DNA of 63,639 nt, counting the filler, from Stramenopiles sp. TOSAG23-3 (Eukaryota): the NCBI GenBank assembly GCA_900128585.1. It is 3 parts of 3 records of this genome, joined end to end, with 100 filler letters (N's around TTAATTAATTAA, not from the genome) between each part and the next. Parts side by side here need not be neighbours in the genome. Positions count along the whole stretch, not along the records: positions 1 to 30,685 come from LT642227.1; 2 more parts are not named here. One strand, 5' to 3'. Positions 1-11,425 of this stretch are shown here, piece after piece (within the stretch, counting starts at the first letter, position 1; every line of letters begins with the position of its first letter). The notes beneath the pieces were generated by a model. The model searched no databases and had not been told where the DNA came from. It saw only the letters and a program-made list of their open reading frames with translations. The position numbers were made by a program, and so were the translations under genes.

Positions 1-1656
1 GGGGGTAGATACCGTGCCTTTCAATGATAATTGGATCTGTCTGTGGCCTCAATTCCTCACTGGAGCATATTTTTTGTTTCGGAAGCCTGTGTTGTATATA
101 GTCAACACTCTCATGAGGCCGTTTTTTTTGGGCGGCACGAAAATTGGATTGTTTTGGGCCGCCGGCAAGGTCTCCGCCGCCCACGAAATTCATATGAATA
201 GAATTATAAGTGTGTGCACAAAGTTCAGTCCAAAAACTGTACTCTTTGTTTGTATTATTTTTTGGGTAGACCGTAGAAATGTGATAACGCGTCATTTTCG
301 AATGGGGAAGACTAGCACTGTATTTAGAACATTGCTCGCTCGAGTTCATGGAACACATGCAAATAAATGACATTTCGATCAACGTTAGCCAATATTGTCA
401 TTATATTTAAGGTAGTGTATGTTTTGTTAGTTATATATTAGTATACCACGGACATTTGAATGATTATTATACACCCTTAATTAAATACAAGGTAGGATTG
501 GATTCATAAGGTCCGAGCCAGTGTGTTTTGTGTGGATGTCCTTCGGTTTGCTTCGAAAATCCTATTACACATTCTAATGGAACCGACTCGAGTCCAATAA
601 AATAATAGGCAGCAGTATCTTATATTTGAATACATATTTCATGTTGCATCTTCCTACTGTAGCTACGAGTAGTGAGCAAAGAATGAAATGGAAATTTATT
701 TTTTAGTACAACCGTCCATTATTTTTTCCAAACTCTCCGAAGAACGCAGAAAATTTATAGTCTTCGATCCGCATCATTATGGTGGGTGAGATCATGACAA
801 TTGGCTCAGCATAGCGAGGTGTGCTGTGTCCATACGAAGCCTTAGCTTTACCACGATCGGCTGCTATACCGTTCCGACATCACACGGACGTTGGTTAAAG
901 AGAAACAAACAGCCAATCCCTGCAAGCCTGCAAGGGTCCCCGAAGTGGCCAATTTTTGATAGGAAGGGATAGTTATAACTTAAAATAAGGTAATTTGACA
1001 CACTATATGTATTTCTAAAATGAGAAAAAGCAGGCAAATGTCACACAGCATTCATACCGCCCATTCTGCTCGTATCCAATTTAATTAAGGTATTTTCATC
1101 AAAACTATGCTAGTGCCAAAAAGAGGCGAGTATTATATGAATCTATTGGCATTTGGCATATGAATTCCTAGAAAAAATGAGATAAGGGCACGAAATAAGT
1201 AATAATGAATAATAATAAAAATAGATAAATAGAATCCATATATTAAGGTATTTCGAATATATATATAGGATATTGATACTTATTTTAATTATTAAGACAC
1301 TTACAGGCTAAGATCCCAAAAACAAACATTTTTTTTCTTCTTTTTTTTTTCGTAATAAAAGGAAAAATACACGGAATGCGAAACTACATGAAACAGGAGC
1401 AGATTTTTACCTGTTGGACATCAGGATTAATTTACCACATCATATTACACCTTAGGAAATCTTTGACGACATACGATAAGCCGAAAATCTTAACTGAAAC
1501 AACAACAGACTGCCTATTGCTGTCCTGCAGACACCAAGTTTTGCTTTTGTCATGCTTTCAGAAGTGAACAAAGCCTTTATTGGTTGATGGTTTAAGCTAT
1601 AAAGCATATGGTTGCACCAAACTTGCTTGCATAACAACATCCCTGTCTGTATTGTG

Positions 1657-2292
1657 ATGAAGCGATTATCTCACATTATCATATCAGATTCGCCTAGCTT
1701 TTGTTCCAAAATTAAAAGTGTCACTACACGTTTTGCATTTATATATGGACCAATGTCCTCTGGCAAGACTAGTAAGCTCGTGAAATACGCCAAAAGGCTG
1801 TCTCAAGATTACCCAGAAAAAGTTATTCTACCGTACTTGCCCAAGGTCGATACCCGGACTCCACCTGGAACTGTAAACTCAAGAGATGGTTCCATTTTAG
1901 GTTTGGTGCAACCTATTGGTCACTGTGTGGAAATAAACTGCTCTCCGAACGGTTCGTATTATATTGACGAAGTACAGTTTTGTGACAAAACCATCTTTGA
2001 TTTAATAATATATATTGCCCAGAATCAAAATTGTGGATTTGTTGCTGCTGGTTTAGACTTAGATTTCAAAACTTGCCGGTTTGGGTTGACTTTTGACCTA
2101 CTGAACTTTATGAATTCTTGGACCTTAGATCATGAAGTGTATTTTCTGAAAGCAGTTTGTAAAATGTGTGGGAGTCCGGCATGTTTCACTGGGCGAATCG
2201 CTTCTTCCTCCGAGTTAATTTTGATTGGTGGTGATGAGCTATATAATCCAGTATGCCAGAATCATTTTTCTTCAAGAACGCACATCGAGTAA
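1657..2292 (+). CDS. tdk: Thymidine kinase (type II, TK1/tdk family)
   Basis: P-loop GPMSSGKT, DTR..SRDG, Walker B IDEVQF, AGLDLDF, Zn site AVCKMCG...IGGDELYNPVCQNHF. First ATG at 1657 (the ORF track starts at TTG 1612). Confidence 0.92.
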   Translation: MKRLSHIIISDSPSFCSKIKSVTTRFAFIYGPMSSGKTSKLVKYAKRLSQDYPEKVILPYLPKVDTRTPPGTVNSRDGSILGLVQPIGHCVEINCSPNGSYYIDEVQFCDKTIFDLIIYIAQNQNCGFVAAGLDLDFKTCRFGLTFDLLNFMNSWTLDHEVYFLKAVCKMCGSPACFTGRIASSSELILIGGDELYNPVCQNHFSSRTHIE

Positions 2293-2970
2293 TTAAAATT
2301 CGACTGTTAATTATAAAAATCTCCCAGGATTGAAATATGGAGGTGGTTGACAAGTTACGCCCTCGGCTAAGGAACAGGAAATAGCCCCGAAAACGCCGCA
2401 GCAAGCACTTCACAATTTTGGCGGGATTTTTTATTCAATTCGCTCTCAAGCCTACAGGCTACGATACTCAATCCTTCTCCCAAGAGTGATCCGCTGACAT
2501 CTTTACATCGGCTTTGTCTGTTTTTTAACATGTATGCCATGCCTTTTCAGGCGTTGTTGGTCATCTTCGTCGCAAGGGGGTTCATAATTGTTGGTGAAGA
2601 TTTCTTGGAACAAAAAGCTTTTCGAGGTACAAATGCATCGGCTTCATCTGAACCCACTATCAGGTGGCGGGCAGCTTCAATGCGAGCCAGCACTGCTAGA
2701 TAGACTCGGGCACATTTGTCTCAGGCTTTCCTCTCTATCTATCCAATCCTCAAAATCTCCAATTGGGTTGGAATACATTTTGCGTATAATGGGTTGCACA
2801 CTCTTTTGACAAATTGCATTACGATTAGAGTCCAAACTCCCGATTGATTTCGCCGGATGTTAGGTTGACGGTATGTCATTTTGATGCCCTCCCAAAAATT
2901 GAAATGCCATTTCCTTTTCGAGGTGTTTAATACGAGCGGCCAGAAAGGAATTATATGATACGAAGCATTA

Positions 2971-5003
2971 AAAGCAATAAAATTGCTGTTATTTAAGTAC
3001 TTCAAGTTCATGTGCTGCGAACTTATCTGTACTGTTGTGATTTTAGTAATCAATAAACCCTTGTCACTTAGTCTTGACTATCATTCTCATGTATTCCATG
3101 CATGATCCGAATCAGTGTGTGGAATTGCGCCGATGTTCAAAGACCCATAGTCAACATAAGATACGTTAAAAACAAAATTATGGCTGTTATGTAGAGAGTA
3201 TTTAAAACATATAAAAAGAAAAAAGAAAGGTATGTCAGTTCAAGAACAATATCTCCTCCTATTGCCGATCCTACCCAAGTTCTGGTCAAGATTCCAATTG
3301 ATTGGTCTTAAAAGTACACAGCCGCATAAATGTTTAAAGGGGCTCGTTGTCTGTGATACTGCTCAATGAAATAATGATCCGTATTGAGTTTGATCGTTTC
3401 CTGTTCTAATTATATTTACGTTTCAAAAAGCAAGAAAATTGGCTGTTAATTTAAGTAATTAAATTTAGCTTCCTCATACCCTAATCCTAACTTGGTTTTG
3501 TTTTAAAAAAGGACCTATGCATAATTCATTTTATCTAAATTTTAAGTAGATGTTTCAATTTGGTGTTAAACCACTCAAGGTTTACAAGCTCAGTACCGAC
3601 CTGAACAACCCCCCCCCCCGCAACCTTAACTCACAAATGGCAATTCCTTGCCTGATTTACAAGGCATAAAGCGAGCACCTCGAAAACAATTACGCCTCTG
3701 CTTGGAAAATCACACAAATTTTGGGTTATCTATAGGTGAGACATCGGGTGGGGAAGTTGACTACGGGTCATTTGACAGCGTTGCCAATCCAAACACCAAT
3801 TTGGATCATGCATGGAGTAAATCAGAAAATGTTAGTCTAGACTAAGTGACAAGAGCATATTGATTAGTAAAATCACAGGATCAGAGATAAGTTCTCAGTA
3901 TATGAAGGAACGTAAACCTTTAATGGTCGAAAGGAGCAGATTCACATTCGTGGTACATGAAGAAGATAGTTTTTAAATACTTAAATACCGTTTAGGATTC
4001 CCAGAAAGTACACTTACATACGTATGCGTATACGAACATGAAACAATCAACTTCCTTACCGACCATTATTTCATAGAGCAGTACAACAGACAACGAGCCC
4101 CTTTAAAACATTTATGCCGCTGTTTACTAGCCATATGGAATCTTGACCAGAACTTGGGAAAGATCTTTAAGATCAAACTCATAACCGACAATTCCTTCAT
4201 AGAGCAGTACAGCAGAAAACGAGCGCCTTTAAAATATTTATGCCGCTGTTTACTTGCCAATTGGAATCTTGACCAGAACTTGGGGAGGATCCTGCAATAG
4301 GAGGAGATATTGGTTCTTGAACTGACACCTTCTTTTTTCTTTTTTTATTTACATTATTTTAAATACACATAAATAACTGCTTATAATAATGATTCAGATC
4401 ATAAATGGAGTACATCTGAGAATGACAGTAAAGTTCGCAGATCATGAAGGAGTACAAAAACCTAGAATGTCCTAAATCATAAACAAGAAAAATTGGCTGT
4501 TATTTTATAGTAATTAAAATTATAGAAAAAAAGAAGGTGTCAGTTCAAGAACAATGTCTCCTCCTATTGCAGATCCTCCCCAAGTTCTGGTCAAGATTCC
4601 AANNNNNNNNNNNNTGTCTGTGGTACTGCTCAATGAAATAATGATCGGTATTGAGTTTGATCGTTTCGTGGTCGTATACACATACAGATGTAAATGTACC
4701 TTCTGGGAGTCCTAAACGGCTAGGCCGGTCAGCGATTTCTAAAAATCTAGATTTCAGTTCGCAGTACATTAATTTTAATTACTCAAATAACAGCCAGTTT
4801 TCAGTTTTCAGTTCGCAGTACATTAATTTTAATTACTTAAATAACAGCCAATTTTCTTGTTTTAATAACAGCCAATTTTCTTGTTTTTAATAATTTTAGT
4901 ACCTTTGTATTTTGTTTGTAATTACTTACTTAAATAACCCGGCCAATTTTGTATGTGTTTTTAATTACTTTTTTAAATAACAAGCGCCATTATTTTGTTT
5001 TTA
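2971..5003. mobile_element. Cluster of nested, 5'-truncated copies of the AATAACAGCCAATTTTCTTG-tailed retroelement family (both orientations)
   Basis: Approximate copies: 2971-3155(-), 3168-3400(-), 3425-3494(-), 3600-3989(+), 3990-4380(+), 4390-4480 with 4740-4888(+), 4481-4738(-), plus degenerate tails 4918-5003. Pieces match 19896-20180, 21130-21362, 30581-30648 and 41746-41840. The scaffold gap at 4603-4614 falls inside one copy. Confidence 0.85.
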
Positions 5004-5039
5004 AAATTTGTTTTAACCAAATACGTTGTTATTTTTGTT

Positions 5040-7322
5040 TTACAATAGTGCTGATTGTTTCCTACATTTTTGATATTTGTCTATCTCCAATGCCCTTGAA
5101 TAATCTAATGCCGCTTTTTCAAATTTTCCCATATTATCGAAAGTATTTCCACGGTTAAAGTAAGCATTTGAATTATTTGGTTCTAGTTTCAACACCACTG
5201 TAAAATCCTCAATCGCGGCGGTCTGGTCTCCGATCTTTTGGAATGATATACCTCGATTATGAAGAGCATGAATATTATAAGGATCAACAGAAATGACAAA
5301 AGAATAGTCCTCTATAGCAGCTTCATAATTTCCCAATTTGGCGAAAGAATACCCACGGTTATTGTAAGATTTCAAATTTGAAGGGTCCCATTTTATTGAT
5401 ACTGTATAGTCTGTAATGGCAAGATGAAATTTTCCTAGTTTTCTATACGCATATCCTCTATTATTATAAACACTAGCGCCAGCTGGATCTAATCTAATTG
5501 CTTCCGAATAATCACTGATAGCCTTACCGTATTCCCCCATGCTTCGATAGGAAAAAGCACGGTTGCAGAAAAAGTAAGGATTATGAGGGTCCAAGCGGAT
5601 CGCCTCGTTAAAATCAAGAATACCTTCCTTTTTTCGTTTCAGTTTATCCAGTGCAAGACCGCGGCAATTATAGCTCGAAGCGTTGCAATCATTCAGCTGT
5701 ATAGCATTAGTGAAATCTAACATGGCACCTTCGTTATCACCGAGTTGTTGCTTTGATGCACCTCTATTATGATACGCGTTTGCATTATCTGGCTTGATTG
5801 AAATGGCTAAGCTATAATCATTTATAGCATTTTCGTACTCACCTACTTTCTCATAAGAAAATGCTCGATTATACGCGGCTTTAAAATGCCTCGGCTGGAT
5901 GTCCAAAGCGCTACTATAGTCATTTATTGCCCTCCTAAATTCTAAACGTTTCCGATAACAAAACCCACGATTGTGAAAAAAATCCGCATTTTTCGGCATT
6001 AATGACAAAGCTTTTGTGAAGTCCTGAATGGCTTCTTCGAACTGGCCGTTTCTATCATAAGAAATCCCACGGTTGTAAAATGCATACGCGTTGTTTGGAT
6101 CCAGGTTTAGAGCGCACGAATAATCTTCAATTGCCATTTTGAAGCATTTGAGCTTGTCGTAAGCAAATCCACGATTGAAGTAAGATCTAAAATGGCTATT
6201 GTCTAAGTTAATTGCAAGAGTGTACTCTTTCACAGCACCTTCAAAGTCACCCTGCTTCCGTAATGCATATCCTGCTGCAGAGTGATTTGCTGATTTGCTT
6301 CCATCGTCATGTTTTGATTTTGCAATATCGCCACATTGAGGATGACAATGCGCCGACGACGAGATTTCATCGCCTTGAACAAAACCGGTACCATAAGAAT
6401 TTATGGAAGTGTTCGATAGATAGTTATTACAACGTTTCATTGGGGTCTGCATTTTTTGTTGTTGTTGCCCACTGCGCGAGGGCTGATTTTGTGAAATATT
6501 CATCCCATTCTCCATTTTACCGCCGCGCACGATATCTGGGGGAGCTCTCTTCGATCGAGAATCTTTGTCGGCACTTTTAGATGCTGAACTGTGTGATACA
6601 GGCAGTGAAACCTCCGGGAGGCGCAATGGCGAAGAGGCTATTTGCTCTCTCAATACTTTTTCACGTTGCTTCGTGTAGGATTCGACACCGATAGCAAAGC
6701 TTCCTGTTCTTTTTCTACTTGGTGAGCTGATTCCAGTCATATATTTACTATTTATGCATGGGCTTATATTTACATTCCCATCAATATTGCACTGCGAAAT
6801 AGACATTGTTGTTGCTCGCATTGCTTTGTCTTTCTTTAGTGCAAACGTATAGTCGTCAATAGCCTGAGCGAAAAGTCCTTTTCTATTCAAACATGCGGCC
6901 CGAGCATAAGCGGCGCTCACATGATTGTGGTCAATATCCATCACCATAGTATAGTCATTAATGGCTTCGTTTAATGCTCCTAATTTTTCATAACTTGCCC
7001 CTCGGTTATATAAAGTGCTCACGCTGTTTGGGTTTATTAAGATCAGCCTAGTGTAGTCTCTAATAGCCTCCTGGTGTTGGTTCTTTTTAGCATAGGAAGC
7101 TGCACGAATCAGAAGAGCTTTACTATTGCTTGGATTGTCACATAACTTTTTTGAACAAGATGTGATCAGCTGATCTGTGTCAACATTCTTCCTAAAATAA
7201 TATGTTCGGTTCGGGTGCGTTTTTGCTTCTTCTTCTTTCCCCAGAAAGTCCTTACGTTTGTAAAGTGCACCCTGCGCGAATGAAACCTCAAAGTCCTCTT
7301 CCCGTCTTCCTACTGTTGTCAT
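5040..7322 (-). CDS. Tetratricopeptide repeat (TPR) protein, N-terminal and C-terminal TPR arrays separated by a low-complexity linker
   Basis: Many 34-aa repeats of type AYxNRGxxYxKLGxYExAIxDYSxAIxLDP in a 760-aa ORF. Confidence 0.93.
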   Translation of the reverse strand: MTTVGRREEDFEVSFAQGALYKRKDFLGKEEEAKTHPNRTYYFRKNVDTDQLITSCSKKLCDNPSNSKALLIRAASYAKKNQHQEAIRDYTRLILINPNSVSTLYNRGASYEKLGALNEAINDYTMVMDIDHNHVSAAYARAACLNRKGLFAQAIDDYTFALKKDKAMRATTMSISQCNIDGNVNISPCINSKYMTGISSPSRKRTGSFAIGVESYTKQREKVLREQIASSPLRLPEVSLPVSHSSASKSADKDSRSKRAPPDIVRGGKMENGMNISQNQPSRSGQQQQKMQTPMKRCNNYLSNTSINSYGTGFVQGDEISSSAHCHPQCGDIAKSKHDDGSKSANHSAAGYALRKQGDFEGAVKEYTLAINLDNSHFRSYFNRGFAYDKLKCFKMAIEDYSCALNLDPNNAYAFYNRGISYDRNGQFEEAIQDFTKALSLMPKNADFFHNRGFCYRKRLEFRRAINDYSSALDIQPRHFKAAYNRAFSYEKVGEYENAINDYSLAISIKPDNANAYHNRGASKQQLGDNEGAMLDFTNAIQLNDCNASSYNCRGLALDKLKRKKEGILDFNEAIRLDPHNPYFFCNRAFSYRSMGEYGKAISDYSEAIRLDPAGASVYNNRGYAYRKLGKFHLAITDYTVSIKWDPSNLKSYNNRGYSFAKLGNYEAAIEDYSFVISVDPYNIHALHNRGISFQKIGDQTAAIEDFTVVLKLEPNNSNAYFNRGNTFDNMGKFEKAALDYSRALEIDKYQKCRKQSALL

Positions 7323-7825
7323 GTTACAAATTCAATATTGCCTCGAAGCGCATTTCCAGTACTGTTTCAAGCGCGGGGAGTTTAGTCTGGACTTTTACTC
7401 TTACTATTGTATAATCTCTGTTGGCGGTACCGGACAAGCAATAAAACCAAGACAATAATTTCTTCTCCACGTAATTGCAAATTGAATGAGCTACTACTAT
7501 AATTATTTAATCCCACAGGCTTGCTCAATTTAAGATGTAGGAGTCCAGCAGAATATGGAGGATTCTCCTAATAAAATTCTGATAGTACTGAGCCGGAGGA
7601 TTTATTAAAAAAAAAAAAAGTAGACGACGACTACTCACTACTACCCGATCCCCGCACCCCTACTTGCCGAAGTACGTTCGTTATAATATAATGACTCACT
7701 ACTACGGTTTATTTGTTTTGGTTGCCCTTTTTGGCAGGTAGGTGTTTCACTAAAATAATTACAATAATAAGTCAAATAATAGAGGTGATACAATGTCAAT
7801 AATATGCCTTACATAACAATTATAT

Positions 7826-8306
7826 TGCCAGGCGTCCCAAAGGATCATTTCATTGTTTTGATTGGATATTTGTTTGTTTGGTAGTGGTATACATACTACG
7901 TATACACACTAACGTACTGTCATTACAATATCACAGGAGAATGTGGGACCGTATGCTCAATTCTCAATTTAGAAGATTACTCATTATTGTTTTACTTTTT
8001 GGGTAATTTTTTGTAATTATTTTAGAAAAACGCCCACCTTCCAAAAGGGCAAAAAAAAAAACTTTACTACCGCTACTGGTACTTTAGAATCGTTAGTGTC
8101 CCGGCCTATCAAGGAGTAACCGAGGGCCCGCTCGAGTAGACATAAAAAAATCTCAATCAGGTGTTTTACCTAGTCAAAAATATTTAAAAGAACAAAACAC
8201 AAAAAACTCGGTTTTTGATTTCCGCCACCTGATATGATAAAAATCTTACGTATAAGTAACACTACAACCTATAATGTCAACATATGACCCTTCGGGACGC
8301 CTGGCA
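7826..8306. mobile_element. MITE-like non-autonomous DNA element with 23-bp terminal inverted repeats
   Basis: 7826-7848 TGCCAGGCGTCCCAAAGGATCAT versus the reverse complement of 8284-8306, TGCCAGGCGTCCCGAAGGGTCAT (21/23 identical). A solo copy of the same end (ATATGACCCTTCGGGACGCCT) lies at about 28235-28255. Confidence 0.7.
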
Positions 8307-8758
8307 GGCTATCTACAGGGCACTCATTAAAAATGTTTCTGATGATTCTTTTAAAGGTATGTTGCACAGCAATATTTATTTTCAGAACGCGTATGAAGTC
8401 TCCTTAACAACTACAGGAGAGTGGCTATGACATTACATAAAGCCCTGACGACCAGCAAAAACGACGGAAATAAATTTAAGGATGTTGATCATATGAAATT
8501 CTTTTAGACATTAAAGTTTAGTCACATCATCTGTCAAGGAGAAGCTAGTTCTTCTGACATTGTAATCAATATGTTACTGGAGACGAATGATACTTTGTGA
8601 TGTCTGAGGTACATCATCTTCGAACACTTTCGCACACACTGGGCCAAGATGACTAGTTTTTCAGAAGCACTAAATCGGCTGCCTTTTCATGGTTTTACAG
8701 CTGGTGTGCATGTGAGCAGTTAGAAGGCGTCCTTCGGTAACGGTATAACGTCTGCAGC

Positions 8759-10231
8759 ATGGGAAAGAATGTGAAAGTTGTCGTCAGAGTGCGGACTCCC
8801 TCTAAGTCACGTATACAGGAACCAACGGAACTGGTTTGTGATATTAAAAAAAATACAGTCCATGTACGGATGGACTCTGTTAGTGAAAATACGCCGATTT
8901 CCAAAGTTCCAGGATTTCAGAGAAGAAGAGTATTTCAATTTGATAAGGTCTTTGAAAGTTCGACTCAAGAAGAGTTTTTTGAAAATGCAGATTGTAGAAG
9001 TATGTTGAATTTTGTTAAAAGAGGTTTCAACGCAACAATAATTGCCTATGGGCAAACCGGGGCTGGAAAAACCTACACAATCGAGGGCATCGGTGAAGCG
9101 CAAGACATGGGGATAGTGCCTAGACTTATTAAGTTATTATTCGAAGACAAAGTCGATTCAAATCAACACCGGAAAGAGGAAAGTACGATATTGAAATGTA
9201 GTTACGTTCAGATTTACAACGAAAGATGTTATGATCTGCTTAATCCGAACCTAAACTATCATGCCGTTAATCGCGTTTTGTCTCGAAATAACAAAAAAAA
9301 TATACAGATGCCGTCTGGTTATTTGAAGCTGCGATGGAGCTCTTCTAAGGGGTTTTATTTGGAAAACATGTCAAAGATTATTCTCCAAGATGCTATCGAG
9401 CTACAGCACTGGTATAATTACGGTAATTTGCACAAAATCACAGCCGAACACAAGTTGAATGTTAGTAGTAGCAGATCACACACCTTATTTACTTTATATG
9501 TTCGGAACACAAATAGGTCTCACGAGGGAAGATTGCGTGTTGTTGACCTAGCAGGATCGGAGCGCATTTCTAGTACAGAAGCGGAAGGTGTGACTTTAGT
9601 TGAATCGATAGGAATAAACAAGTCATTGCATGTGTTAAATAAAGTGATTATGGCTTTGTCCTCCCAACGGAGCAGCTCTGAAGTATATCATGTTCCATAC
9701 CGTGATTCTTTACTGACTTCTTTACTTCAAAGCGCATTTGGGGGGAATAGCATAACGCTGTTGGTTGCGTGCTTGTCGCCTAATGGCAAACATTCTGAAG
9801 AGAACCTTAGCACTCTGCGCTATGCCTCTCAAGCAACATTTATAGAAAATCAGCCAAAAATCAATATAGACCCTGCGCAACTGAAAATTAATTCGATGAA
9901 GTCAGAAATTTTGGAACTGACGCAACGCTTAGCGCAACACAACGACATAGGACTTGCATGCGATCAGTATAATTCTAAGGGCGCAAAGCAACCACAAAGA
10001 TTAGCATGGAGTGGGAAAGAATCAAAACTGAGGACGTGTTTGAATACCTACTCTAGAGTCCTGCAGACTATTTGTAATGACAATAAAATGTTCTTATCAT
10101 ATAGTGGCCGTCGCAATTGTGCCCCTGTGCGGCAAAGAAAAGGTAATGCGTTTTGCCAACTAAGAGATTGCCTATATATCTTAGAGCATAATATTGAGAC
10201 TCTTGAACAAAACATCGTGCAGTCCAAATAA
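8759..10231 (+). CDS. Kinesin motor protein (KIF12/kinesin-16-like)
   Basis: VKVVVRVR, P-loop YGQTGAGKT, SYVQIYNE, switch I SSRSH, switch II VDLAGSER, HVPYRDS, LSTLRYA. LRWxxxKGFYLE resembles KIF12. Confidence 0.93.
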   Translation: MGKNVKVVVRVRTPSKSRIQEPTELVCDIKKNTVHVRMDSVSENTPISKVPGFQRRRVFQFDKVFESSTQEEFFENADCRSMLNFVKRGFNATIIAYGQTGAGKTYTIEGIGEAQDMGIVPRLIKLLFEDKVDSNQHRKEESTILKCSYVQIYNERCYDLLNPNLNYHAVNRVLSRNNKKNIQMPSGYLKLRWSSSKGFYLENMSKIILQDAIELQHWYNYGNLHKITAEHKLNVSSSRSHTLFTLYVRNTNRSHEGRLRVVDLAGSERISSTEAEGVTLVESIGINKSLHVLNKVIMALSSQRSSSEVYHVPYRDSLLTSLLQSAFGGNSITLLVACLSPNGKHSEENLSTLRYASQATFIENQPKINIDPAQLKINSMKSEILELTQRLAQHNDIGLACDQYNSKGAKQPQRLAWSGKESKLRTCLNTYSRVLQTICNDNKMFLSYSGRRNCAPVRQRKGNAFCQLRDCLYILEHNIETLEQNIVQSK

Positions 10232-11013
10232 CACACAATTCTCAGTTTACACAACTGCATTCCTGCTACTCCAAAATAATTCTGTATTATTGCAGAACCC
10301 GCAAAGCCTTTTTTGAGGGCAGGCTCTCATCTTGTGCTAATGCATTAAGCGATCATAAAATAAGGCTAATCCATTCTTGTTCGTCAAAAAGCGCTACATT
10401 CAGCCAGTTTTGAACTCAACGCCAGAGGAAGTCTTTCAAACAGTGTGAACAGACTCATACATAGATCGGTGGCAATCAAAGGGCTCAGTCGAATGGTACC
10501 GTAACAGCTACTGTATATTTCGGTAAAGGTGGTTCAGCACCTCGGTATATTGGATCCAATACAACCTGTTCGAGTCCCTTGGCCCAGTATTCGATAGGGC
10601 GTTTCAGATCTGCAGGCAGACCGGCCCTCCGCTTCTTCTCACAGGAGAATACGAGCTGGCGGCGGCCGCGTGCGGGATCCAGGATAGACCAGCCACAAAA
10701 TCGCATTAAAATGTACAAAGGAAGGAGTCCCTACGAAAAGCAAAATCCACCAGGGTCGCCCATCCCCGCATTGAGAGGGGAGAACCCCGAGGGGGAGGAG
10801 GGTCTAATGATTGGGATGATACCATGGAGGATCTAGTCACGTATGATTGCGGGGACTCTGTTTAGCATCGAGTGATCTCGACTATAATTTCCATTTGTAC
10901 TTTAAAAATGAAGTGCACGCCAATGAAGAGAGAGAATTAATTGAAAAACAAAATATAGGGGCTGTTATTTAAGATTTAAAAAAACCTTAATTCAATATTT
11001 ACCTAAACTATTA

Positions 11014-11060
11014 TTATTATTTGGTAAATAACAGCCAATTTTCTTGTTTTTATTATTTGG
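11014..11060 (+). mobile_element. 25-bp retroelement tail insertion with 11-bp TSD
   Basis: TTATTATTTGG (11014-11024), then TAAATAACAGCCAATTTTCTTGTTT (11025-11049), then TTATTATTTGG (11050-11060). Confidence 0.8.
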
Positions 11061-11425
11061 GTCATTTGAAATCGTCGAAAATCCAAAAATATCACTTCTG
11101 ATCATGAATGGAGTACACAAGAGGATGATAGTGTAGACTATTAGACTAAACGATAAGAGTAATTCGACCAAGAACAACACAGGAGCAAAACCAAATTGCA
11201 GTCCAAGAGGGACGTAAAACTTTACTGGACAAAATCAAATTAGGATTTTCGAATTGAATCATATGTAGACAATTTTACGGATAGTTTCACAGGATGTGCC
11301 AGGGTTTTCGTTCTCCCCCTAATACGGTGGTTTAGTATTTGTTTTTATGCATATGAAAAATGTTTAGACGTACACCGTTCTCAATTTCACTCAATACAAA
11401 AACAAAAAATTGGCTGTTATTTAGA
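11061..11425. mobile_element. Diverged retroelement 3' region (+) followed by an antisense tail copy (11398-11425)
   Basis: GATCATGAATGGAGTACACA matches the family's ORF-end block. 11245-11392 is similar to 22480-22593. AACAAAAAATTGGCTGTTATTTAGAGTAATTAAA starts at about 11400. Confidence 0.65.

Noticed and set aside
4545-4769. Small ORFs in repeat clusters (4545-4769, 4066-4260, 3648-3845, 19989-20177, 22666-22869) as host genes
   Set aside because: They are fragments or antisense frames of the repeat family, with frameshifts between copies.
4741-5003. CRISPR array (repeats of about 30-35 bp with short spacers)
   Set aside because: Units are irregular, the intervening sequences are element fragments rather than unique spacers, no cas genes are present, the context is eukaryotic, and the same motif is dispersed with TSDs.
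10450-10880. GC-rich island after the kinesin gene (a similar one lies at 2330-2950)
   Set aside because: It looks like decayed coding or TE sequence, but I could not identify a motif or a second copy, so I made no call.
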